This document shows, one piece after another, positions 53,180-64,000 of a stretch of DNA of 64,000 bases. A model generated the notes under the pieces. The model saw nothing but the letters and a program-made list of their open reading frames with translations, was not told the origin of the DNA and searched no databases. Numbering within the stretch: position 1 is the stretch's first letter; each line of letters starts with the position of its first letter. The position numbers were made by a program, and so were the translations under genes. Source of the DNA: Mizuhopecten yessoensis (Eukaryota); the NCBI RefSeq assembly GCF_002113885.1, contig NW_018406714.1, positions 90,958 through 154,957 on the forward strand, given 5' to 3'.

Positions 53180-53494
53180 TAATATAATGATAATAATAAT
53201 AATATTTATTTAACGTCGTGTACAATTGTCAACAACAAGCATAAACTCTGTAGAGCTTTTATTACGACGCCGCTAAGGGAACAAATGGTGTTTTCGTGGT
53301 GGGGGAAAATCCACGGGGTAAACCATCGTGCCATCGAAGGGATAATAACTAATTACACTATCAGACATCACTCTCTTTTCCACCGCTGGGGATCGAACCG
53401 AAATTCTTGGGAGAGCGAGTGGTCTGAAGCTCGCGCTTGATTGCGCACAGTAGTAAATGACTATGCGCGTTAGCGATCACGGCTACCGAGGCAC
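53180..53494 (-). mobile_element. tRNA-derived SINE
   Basis: Minus strand begins GTGCCTCGGTAGCCGTGATCGCTAACGCG, has B box GGTTCGATCCCC and a 3' (TTA)n tail. Confidence 0.65.
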
Positions 53495-56400
53495 TCATTT
53501 GTCCATAAATGACCAAGTTTCAAGTTTTATTTTACACTCATGACACGCGAGGTACGTTACAAGAGGTCAACATTTCAATTACATAGCAAAGTGAGTACAG
53601 ATTGTGTATACAACATGTAAATATATAATACTACAGAATAAAAGCACTGCATTTATCTTATGTCACTTAAAGTCTTAATTGTTTTCTCTAGAAAACGACT
53701 TCTTTTAGGTAAAACATGTAAATTACAAATAGAAATCATTCCTTTAAGCTTAAAATTGCTTGGGTTTGTAGTGTAATATCTATGGATATATTTTTCTTAT
53801 TGATGATATATAAGTATTTTGGCATTTAAACAAATAATGTGGTTCATCACCTATCACCTGTTTGACATAAAGGGCATATTCTATCTGATTTTGGAGTTGC
53901 ATTCCAGCGTCCAGTCTCTATTGTGAAATTTAGATTATACGTGCGGATAATAATAATAATTCCGCATGGTGGGTTGTGAATAGTTGTGTATTGGGGTAAA
54001 ATCCTAGAAAAAGGAGGGATTGGACTGGACCAATCGTCGGCAGCCAGGTAGCTTCCTGGTTGAAGCTCCGATCTGAACGCAATTTTTTTTGCTCATGTTA
54101 CAGCATTAACATGATCTACATCAATGTATGAAACAAAGTTGAAATATGAATGATTTCATATCAGATACGCAATTGACCGTTGACCTTTATCAGACACATT
54201 TTCGACCTACCCCTATGTGCCCGACAACGGGAAGGGACAGGAACCCCAATTTTTCAATTTGATACCCTCTTTCAAACAAAAAGATTTTAATCAAAACTAC
54301 AAAGAAAAACATACCTTGTGGGGCTTAATGAAAAAAATAATGATAAAAATGAAATTAGCAAAAATATAAAAAGACAGCTTTCTTATTGCACAAATTATCT
54401 AGAGTAAGTCCAGGATTTGAAATATGGACTTCAGCTTGTAAACCTATCACGCTCAGTCAAACGACTGCTCTGCATAAGGGGATATTAATGTATATATATA
54501 CCGGTACTATATACAACTTTATTAGTTCCAAAGAAGACGTCATTAAAACCACCCGGTCTTTAAATCAAAATATACGCATCATTGACAACAGGTCTATGAG
54601 ATTGTGTTTTTTTAAGTCCTACTAAAATCTCGATAGACCAAACCATGACCAAGACATTTTACTCATATATTTATGTGTGATTAAGAAAATATGTCTAATA
54701 ATGAAGGAACAGAGTAAGAAAGTAAAAAGAACATGTTTGCTCAATGCTATACTTATTATTGAATATCGCACATAATTTGAAATAACATCACAAACAACTT
54801 GGTCTATGAAGTCAATGATGAACAAGGATTTTCATTACGTTTGTCTATGTGTCTACTGTTACGGTTCAACAAGCCCCCTAAAAGATGTAACAGTCATATT
54901 CAAATACCCTTATCAAAATTCGGAATATGTATATGTAATTTAAATATATTGAACTTGTACATGAGCTATTAAAAAGTACATAACCAGGTTAACGAGGTCA
55001 CAATACGGCATTAATGCTGATGCTATTATAGAGGTTGTTCACAAGGTTGATAACATGTCAATCTTTCAAGCGACCCAACTGAATGTTACGAAATTACGTT
55101 ATTAGAAGATCATTTATATACCTATGTCATACGGGGCTTTATTACTCTTTAACTATGTGTGGATAGGTATACCGGCCGCACAAGATGATGATTGTTGCTA
55201 TGAGAACGTACAAAAATCATAGTAAGCGTCCGCGTAACATATTTTACCGGTATATGTGTGTAAAACCATAGACCTTTGACCAAAAACACTACCTAAACTT
55301 CATATAAAACGTCCCTTTTTAACACTCAAAGTTTTTATAAAAGAGCTAGACTTGTTATAAACATAATTCTACTTTTCAGTTTCAATGTTTATAACATGTA
55401 TAGTGCATTCATATAACCAAAGAATGTTAGCAAATGGCACATTATCTAAAGTTCATTTATCGATCAGGGGTACTTAGCCTTTGTTTTCTTATTCATTAAT
55501 TGCTTAAATGTATTACTAGTGGATTTTACTATGATTTTAGTTGTTTCGCATGGCAACATCTATCTTTATATGAGATCTTTATATGAGATCGGAATTCCTC
55601 TCAGCTAGTTTTAAATTTTGCCATTTCGTTTGGATAATGGATGAGTGTGATACAAACAGAAATGTCTCGTGATTTATATAAAGACAAAAGTCGATCAAAT
55701 ATTGGTACATATAATATTTCCATCACAAAGAGCGGGCGTACTCTAACATAATATTGACAGTTGGTAAACTGGTTACGTTTTTCTAACGAGAAACGTAATA
55801 ATCAATAAGCCTAATGATAACAAAAACTGAAAAAAAATCAGACTTCTGTGTTATGGTTCCAGTACCTTTATTTCCATTTTTTATATCGTCTTTAATACTT
55901 CCATAAACTTGAATTTGGAGACCGGTAACTTGTTTAATTAATAGTACATACAAATACATGCATCGGGGATTTGAAATGTATACGTACCCTGGCTATTCAT
56001 TAAATTGCATTCATAGATAAATAGTTCTTTGTTACACGTCTTTTATTTTATTTTGAAAATATAGTTGATTGATAAGTTATTATATATGATTGAGTGCGCG
56101 ATAATGTATTTATATGTTTTTCAGTTTGAAAGGCAAGCTCGTCCATGTAGTTAACTATTATGAATAAGAACACTTATATGTACTAGATATATGTAATTAT
56201 TTCATTCATGATATACACCTTTGGTATAAATAATAATATAGATTTTCTTTACCGATCACAAAAATGTAGGTACATTTATCTATACTGACCTTTCTACAGG
56301 TATATCTTACCTATCTGAATTCTGGTACTGGAAACACTACGGCTGGCTGGCACACCCTGAGGGGTGTGTACTGCAGAGGGTATAGGGTTTTGATGTCAGA

Positions 56401-56824
56401 TAACATAGGGACCGAGACCACAGTCAAACTTTAATATGTCTATGTCTGTGTGAGGATGCTCACAGATTATCCTGTCTCTAGTTCCACATGAAAACGTGAT
56501 TGGCGTCTAGGAAAGATGATGTCATTTTCCTCAAATTTCAAGTTAAGGAGTTTCCATAATTAAGGACTTTTTCGGTAAACTGGTTATAGTACCGCACACA
56601 CAAGCAAGTGAAAATGTTACACCGGTGCAGAGGCGTATATATTTGGCTTTAAAGTATACATATCTGACGGCTGTCAGATTTGATATAGACAACGCCACAA
56701 TTAGATTAAGTGGCCAAAGTACATGAGTTTGTGTTTTTTTCTGTGCTCAATACATGTTAGTGTAAGTGCTACAATATTTCATATTTTGTCATACATGTAC
56801 ACTTGTACGAAGCCTCATCGCCAG

Positions 56825-57750
56825 GTTCAAGTTCAAGTTCTTTATTACTTTGAGTCGTTCGACTCACTAGTTCGAAGTAACAAACTTTGTGATAATTCAA
56901 AATAGCTTTACACAACAATACACACATTAAGAACACAATTACAATGGAAACAGTATCATGTTTGAAGAGTGCAACTATATCTATTTATAATAATTAGGCT
57001 CATCTCGAATTTGCAAATTTGATATATTTCCCTGAGTTGGTTATTTCTTTTGTATTTTTCACACTCAGTAGCGCTGTCTATTTAAACATGCTTGGCATTT
57101 TAATGAAAAAAGTTTTCAAAAAATGTCCTCCCAAATCAGAATAACATGGGCATTTAAAAATAAGTGAAACTCATCTTCAACATCATCAAAATTACAAGCA
57201 TTACATACTCGACTATTCAATGTTTTGATATCGCCCTTTTTCTGATTTTAAGTTATGAGAAGATAATCTATTTTTTATTGTATGGGTTTACGCAGATAGT
57301 TTTGAAGATCAAAATAATCGTTAAGATATCTAAAAACATTCTTCTCTAAAAATATCAATTAATCTTTCTTTAATTATTTAATAAAACTTGTTGTCGTTAA
57401 TATCATATTCCCAAATATACTTAGGCCAGGTAAATTCTCGTCTCTGATACTTTCTACTGTGTAGCTTGTAAGGGCGCTAAGTGGTACTAATTGGTCAGCT
57501 GTAAAAGGTCAATTATCTTTTTTATTGAACCATGTAAGTTCATGGGTACATTAGACCGGAAACACTTGACTGATTTTTGACACCTTCATATACCACACAC
57601 AGAAAGGACACTCCGCTAAACCTATTATAGACAGAGGCGTATTGTTATATATGTACGTCTTTGCTATAGACAACAAGGAAGCACACTCTACTTTCTTAGT
57701 TTTAACACTCATTGATACAAAACAGATTTCTAGAATATCATATGATGACA
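56825..57750 (-). mobile_element. 3' fragment of an RTE-X-like LINE
   Basis: Minus strand DVEDEFHLF..PCYSDL and tail AATAAAGAACTTGAACTTGAAC. Confidence 0.7.
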
Positions 57751-57829
57751 ATAAAGTTATATTTATAATGGTTTTTTAAATGATTACTGAAAAATATCCT
57801 CACTTTCAACAATCTTATATTGAGAAGTT

Positions 57830-59622
57830 TATTGCGTATGGTTGATATTCAACATTGCTCGTTGATAAGAATGATTACGGAAGGTATAGAAGGGAAATTC
57901 CTGAAAATAATAAGTCTCTATGCCAATGTAAAATGTTGTGTTACTGAATTTTTCAAATGTGATTGTGGTTTATTCCAAGGGGAAATAGTATCTTCCTTGT
58001 TGTTTACATTATTTGTTAATGATTTAGAAATGGATTTTATAAAAAAAAAAAAATTGCTTATCACTAGAAATTCAAACTATTAATTTATTTTTACTTATGT
58101 ATGCAGACGATATGGTCATACTATCGGAAACACCAGAAGACTTGCAGAAAATGTTAGATTCACTATCAGATTATTGTAGAAAATGGAGCTTAACTTTAAA
58201 TGTAGATAAAACAAAAACAGTTATCTTTAGAAATGGTGGTTTAATAAGAGCAAAAGAAAAATGGTTTTATAATAATGATGCGATTGAAGTAGTTGACGAG
58301 TTAAATTATCTTGGTCTCACTTTAAACTATAATGGAAAATTTACAAAAAAAAAACCCAAAACTTGCAGAACAAGGTCGAAAAGAACTATTTGCCATAAAT
58401 AATGTATGTAAAAAGGATTATTTTAATATAGAATCTCGTCTTGCTGTCTTTGACACGTTTGTCAATAGGATTTTAATGTAAGGTTCAGAAATTTGGGGGT
58501 TTCATAAAGCACCCGAAATAGAAAAATTGAATATTGGATTTTTGAAATCATTATTAGGATTGAAAACATCTACAAACTCTGCATTTCGTTATATTGAATT
58601 TGAAAGATCACATCTGGAGCTGTTAAGAAAAGTTAAAATGTTTAAGTATTGGATTAAATTACAACTGTGTGCTGAAAGCTTGTTATGATGATATGGTTGA
58701 AAATAAAGACCCTTGGATCCTTAACTTCAAACATGATCTTTCAAGAGTCGGCCTGGGATACATGTTTGTGGCTGATAGTATTAATCATTCTAGTGAAGTA
58801 TATAAGCAGCGATTATGTGATAGTTTTCAGCAAGATTGTCTAGAGAAAGTTCATTCTTCTTCTAAAGGAGTATTATATCAGCATTTAGTGGAAAGTATTA
58901 AATTGCAACCATATCTTCATAAGGCAATTACTTTAAATTATCTAAAACATATTTCTAAGATGCGTTTATGTGCGCATGACCTGTTCATTGAACGTGGCCG
59001 TTACAGAGATATACCTAGAGAAGAAATAAAATGTATTTTATGAAATGAAAATGATATAGAAGATGAATTTCATTTTATAATTAAATGTTATCGCTATTCT
59101 GACCTCCGATCTAAATTTATAAAGCAATATTATTTCAAAAGGCCTAGCATGTTTAAATTCGTTCAATTACTCAAAATCGAAAACACAAAAGAACTTAATA
59201 ATTTAGGAAAGTATTTATCACTAACGTTTAAACGTAGTCCAGATTTATTAAGAGGTCATCACTAGAACAGGTCATGTTAAGATACATGTTGTATATCAGT
59301 TTATTGAATACAAATTATATAATATACCATTATATTGATAAGTCTTGTCTGGGTGAATGAGGGTGAAAAAGGTTCTGGCGTGCGTATGAATGTGAATATG
59401 ATGAATGACGAATGATTGCTGCTGCTGTTGCTGATTTGATGATGATGATGATGAGGATGATGATGATGATGATGTGTGCGAGTTAGTGTGAGTGACCTTG
59501 ATGATGATGAGGATGATGTGTGCGGACATTGTGAGTGTCCTTGTGAGTGTCTTTGTCTTATCTGTAATTGCCATACGTTGTAAAACTTCAGCAAATAAAG
59601 AACTTCAAATTGAACCTTGAAC
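57830..59622 (+). mobile_element. 5'-truncated RTE-X-like LINE (RT plus C-terminal zinc motif and 3' UTR)
   Basis: GLFQGEIVSSLLFTLFVND, MYADDMV, LNVDKTK, NYLG, LFIERGRY...C...IEDEFHFIIKC..YSDLR; tail AATAAAGAACTTCAAATTGAACC at ~59594; frameshifts and stops. Confidence 0.88.
59400..59520. repeat. (GAT)n/(GCT)n compound microsatellite
   Basis: Direct inspection; produces the poly-His/Ser/Gln ORFs in the track. Confidence 0.95.
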
Positions 59623-60154
59623 TGATTTACCTGTATACAGCTGTACGTGGTGGACAGATAATACACTCGATCAATTGACATGGACTTATAATCAATAGCC
59701 TTGAAATCACTGAAGGTGACCTTGATCAGGTACAGCTCATCAGAATCCAATGTGACCACAGGTGAATGATCAATGCGTTATCACTGCCTATATACGCAGG
59801 TATGGATATCGTATTGGAAGAAAAGTATCTGTCAGCGGGTGGTCATGTTGCCCTTACAACCTTTATAACTGCCAACAAAATTGTTTATACCTTTATCAAG
59901 GGACAGATCATTACCACATGGCCAGCTCTATGCCTGTTACTTAAATTACCCCTCAGGCGCTGGTGTGGGGAACACACAGTAGACCCATGGGAGGAGGGCT
60001 GCTTATGTCCATGTATGTGTAAACCGACATTTTTTTTCTTCAGACTATTATGAAAGTTGGAATAATTTTCTTTATCAACAATTCGTTTCGACAAATATAT
60101 ATTCCGTAACATTTTCGACCGAACGTTTCACAAACGGTTTTCAAATGGAAAGAT

Positions 60155-60342
60155 GTAGACGCAAGTGCTACGGAAACGATACAGAAGTGCTACGGAAACG
60201 CTACGCAAGTGCTACGGAAATGGTTCGGTAATGGTACGGAAGAAGTGCTACGGAAATGCTACGCAAGTGATACGCAAATGGTACGGAAATGCTACGCAAA
60301 CGGTACGCTGAAAGTGGAACAGCGAACGTGCACGGGTCTGTA
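60155..60342. repeat. ~11/22-bp GCTACGGAA/ACGCAAGT array, probably the subterminal region of a MITE ending GGGTCTGTA
   Basis: Repeated AAGTGCTACGGAAA and TACGCAA units. Confidence 0.6.
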
Positions 60343-61406
60343 GAGGAGAAATGAAGCTCCGCATGACCTGGGTATATAAAAAAACCTTTAAAGTATGGGT
60401 CATTTCTCAGCACTCAGTTGGGAAAAAAAATATTGACATGTTATAAGTCCAGTGAGCTATTTTTATTAAGACATCAGCCTTAATGCCTTATTTTTGACTA
60501 AGTTAACCAGGCTATGCATTTTTAGTATAGCCAATCTGCAAGTTCAATATATACAAATAACATAATATCAGCTCCGATTTTTAATTGAGGTCTTTCAACA
60601 TGACTTATCAGGGGGTTGACATTTTAGGTGACTACAGCATCTTTTAGGGGGATTGGTGAACCTTAAGTTCGAACATTTAACCCCTTTGATCAAGTTATTC
60701 CTTTTGCTATGTGGAGTGTCAGCCTTGAAATTTAATTCGCAATTACAAGAATAAAGTTCTAACGAAATATGGCTGATATCTATATTTAATATATCTAAAT
60801 ATTTATTTAAAATTTACAACTTTTAAAAGAGAAGATGTTTAAAGCAATATGACCATATTAACCCCTTTGCCCCTACCTTCAGTCCTGCGTGTACAATGCC
60901 ACTTTTTGTGCAATTGTGAATCCTCATCACCTCCGAATACATGTAGTCAAATGTGTTACAATTTCAATTAGTGGTTCTAAAGAAGAATTTGTATGAAGAA
61001 ATTGTTCAAGGACGGACAGACAAATGCGACAGTACAACATATTGAACTTTACTGGCTCTGCATGGAGAGTTACTTTGCAGGTAATTAGACCAAATAGAAA
61101 ATTCTCGTGTTTCCGCTTACCTTCCCAACCCTTAGTCGTCAAGGGTTCCTTGGTGGTAGTCACCTCAAAGTAATAAAAGAGTACATAATGAGTGATTCAG
61201 CTTGTACTGGTTCTGCACATTAAATGGTTTTAGATTTTTATAAAACATTAAGTTATGATTTAAAAAAATATTCACTGCATTATATTTTTATATTTTCTTA
61301 CTTAATATTTCAGTAAAATTACATTTCTCAAAACAAAAAAGGAATGGGGAACAATACATCTAACCACTGTGAATTGTGCACCAGAACAGTAGCAGGTTGA
61401 GACACA

Positions 61407-63006
61407 TGTAGCAGGACAGAGGAACAAGTCAATTATCAAATGTCAATATCTCACCACTCAGTAGCAGCAGTAGTTAACAGGAATATAATTATAGGCAGCA
61501 GTATTAAAGTGCTACAAATGGCACCACAGTCTCCAAAGTCTTGATAAGGCAGACACGTGTTTGTCTTCCTATAGCGGCACATATGTTTTTCCCATCTTAA
61601 GACAACCTAGATCAAAAATAGCTTAACACCATTTTGGTGTAGCCGATCTCTCCCTAATATAAAGTTTCTGTTCATGCTCTTGACAAAAACTTTTTGGGTC
61701 AATGTTCGACCTTTCATCTGAAATGTTATGTCAGTACAACCTAATACGGACAGCTCGTTTCCATATGTGCATTTTTTTTCTTTAATGGGTTTAGGTTTTG
61801 TTGGCAGCTAAATACGATTTCTTTTATTAAACGTACCTCTACCCCAGAGTCGACAAGACAATGAGATATGTGTTTCCCAATCGTGAAAACACTAGAGCTC
61901 GGGTAACTGAACCCGGTATTGCTATCCTAAATGTACGTATTTTATGTGTTCTTCGCCAACTCCTTCCACCGGCTTCTTTGTGGGAGGAGTATTTCAATTT
62001 AAATATTGCAAATAGGACAGTTGCGTCTTATGTGTCCTATTTTGTTACAGTACAAACATATGGCACCAGTTGTTGGGCGAGATTGTACAGCTGAAATATG
62101 TTTTCCCCTCCTAGCTCCGCTACATTCCCGAGCGAGATGTTCCTGTTTACCGAAATGATAACTGGTTCTCTGAGGTCGCATGTGTTCTATTTTCATAGGC
62201 TCTAACGTTGTGGGTTCCCCCTCAAAACTTCATTTTGAGATAATCAAACCTTAACCCATCTTAACATGCTGCCTTGTTTGCTCCCTCTGTCTCTATTATA
62301 TAGCGCTTGAAAAAATCACCAGTAGTCCCAGTATATGTTTGATACGCTATGTTGGGTGTATCTGCATTCGTCAAATCCGTCAGTTTTGCTTTTTTTCTGT
62401 CCTTTACCCATTGTTTAAATAATATTGGCTGTCCGTCGTACGATTTAATTGTCTGCCTAATCCCTTGTGTTGTCATTGCCACTGCTAATGTCTTATTTTT
62501 TCACTAATATTTAGCAACATGTGTTGTTCTTCAAAATCAGCATTTATTTGCCCCTGTTGGGTTTAGGTTGCTGATTGTGATGGAGGCCCAGTATACATAT
62601 TACTTCTTCCCCCATAACATGTTCTCCAATACCACTTCCAATCTCTGAATTAAACGAAGCTGCCATCTGCTGCGCTTAATTGTCCATTTTTTGGCTGTAT
62701 TCATTTCTTGATATTTTTTGTATTATGCATTATAATTCATACCCTGTAAATTTATCTTTTTACTTGGTTTTACTTCGTTATTAAATTGCGTGCACATTTA
62801 ACTTTACTTAAATATAATGTGGTTGGAACATACAAGGGCTAACATATGAGAGTAACTAATCTTGTATCTTCTCTTCTTTCCAAGTCACTGTCCGTAGCTT
62901 CTCCTCAGTGAAATCCATGCCAACGGCTACAAAACGCGCTCATATTCGGACAAAGGAACAAGTCAATTCTCAAATGTTAATATTTAATCACTCAGCAGCA
63001 GAGGTA
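61407..63006 (-). mobile_element. Deleted Gypsy-type LTR retrotransposon: gag zinc knuckle and protease between LTR remnants
   Basis: Minus strand gag IKSYDGQPILFKQWVK, CLYCNKIGHIRRNC (CCHC), protease CLVDSG...FILGRD; ~55-bp direct repeats GGAACAAGTCAATT.TCAAATGT.AATAT at 61421 and 62954; the left one ends ...TGCTACA on the minus strand at 61407. Confidence 0.85.
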
Positions 63007-64000
63007 GCTATATATCCCTAAAATTATTCGACGTATGCACAATTAAAAACAGTGAGAATCACCAGTGATGCTATACATATGTCAGGTGCTGGTCGTACTA
63101 TTGTACGACTGTTAGATTGATTGGTACTTTCTGCATGTATGTAAAGATTACCTATTGTCAATGCACGTGTGATATTGCAAACTTAAAACAATCACTGCTA
63201 ATAATAACTCACTACCGTCATAGTATTGCAAATTTACTCAATGCCATAAACACATGGATTTTCCAAACAAAAAGAATGAATTGTAAAACAACAATTTGCA
63301 AGAGATATTATTGTTTAATCATAACTCAAAGCTGATCCAGTATTATGTGGAGCAATACATGGCTATTCGTTGCCTCTGTACTAACTTTTGTTACAATCCA
63401 ATCCACACACCTGTCTAAAAATGTATATATTACAGAATTTTTATCATAATTAATTAATCAATTGTTACATTTAAATGTGCTTGAAACGAACATTTCGCGA
63501 ACATCAGCCACATAAAAGTATAATTTAATGGGGGGGTTTCTGGAAGTATACAATGATAAGACATTGTTAATTACAAATACGTTTCTTGTTATTAGGAAAC
63601 ATTAAGCTATTTTAACTGTCATTGTACAATACAAGAAAGCTAATGACAAGTAAGACCTATACTCTGAATAATAGCATTTTTAACGGAAAGAGATGTGTTG
63701 CATGGCGGCCCTCAACCAATTTAATAATTTTAAGCATACTTCAATAAATTGGCATGAAATACACATCAAAACAATGTTTATTCCTGAGATAGAACCAACT
63801 TGTGACTGCAGATCCCCCTATAATGATTTTCATGGTGCCAAGAACCCTATTTGCCTTTCAAACATTAAATTTCGAAAAAGACAAAATTTGAATCTGCTTT
63901 TGTTGTTAAATGGCACTTTCATAAGCCTTTTCGATGGTATATAACACTTGACAATATGTAATGTCATTTTCTTGCAAATAAGAGTTTTACTCATTATATG

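Noticed and set aside
59296-59759. Poly-His and poly-Ser/Gln ORFs
   Set aside because: Translation of a (GAT)n/(GCT)n microsatellite in a LINE 3' region.

Overview
AT-rich, intron-containing eukaryotic DNA. The repeat complement (Helentron-type HINE satellites, bivalve-type SINE tails, Penelope, CR1 and RTE-X relics) suggests a bivalve mollusc, possibly a scallop; this is inference. The one clearly intact host gene is an FMRFamide/myosuppressin-receptor-like class A GPCR with an intronless CDS (29839-30990, minus). At the left end a spliced HECT-only (G2E3-like) ubiquitin ligase gene (six phase-consistent exons, 3142-8375, minus, one +1 frameshift in an A9 run) lies tail-to-tail with the last exon (1035-1234, plus) of what looks like an IS3EU-like integrase-core transposase, suggesting a DNA transposon carrying an E3 ligase. 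At 40.6-42.8 kb a decayed pogo/DDE_1 transposase has an OTU deubiquitinase-like domain in the linker between its DDE domain and PHD finger. The rest is a mosaic of MITEs, Helentron-derived satellites (one carrying arrays of NF-Y, RFX and YY1-like motifs), Penelope fragments (one with a hammerhead ribozyme), LINEs, a tRNA-containing short LTR, a Gypsy gag-protease relic and minisatellites. All family assignments come from motif recognition by eye, not database searches.
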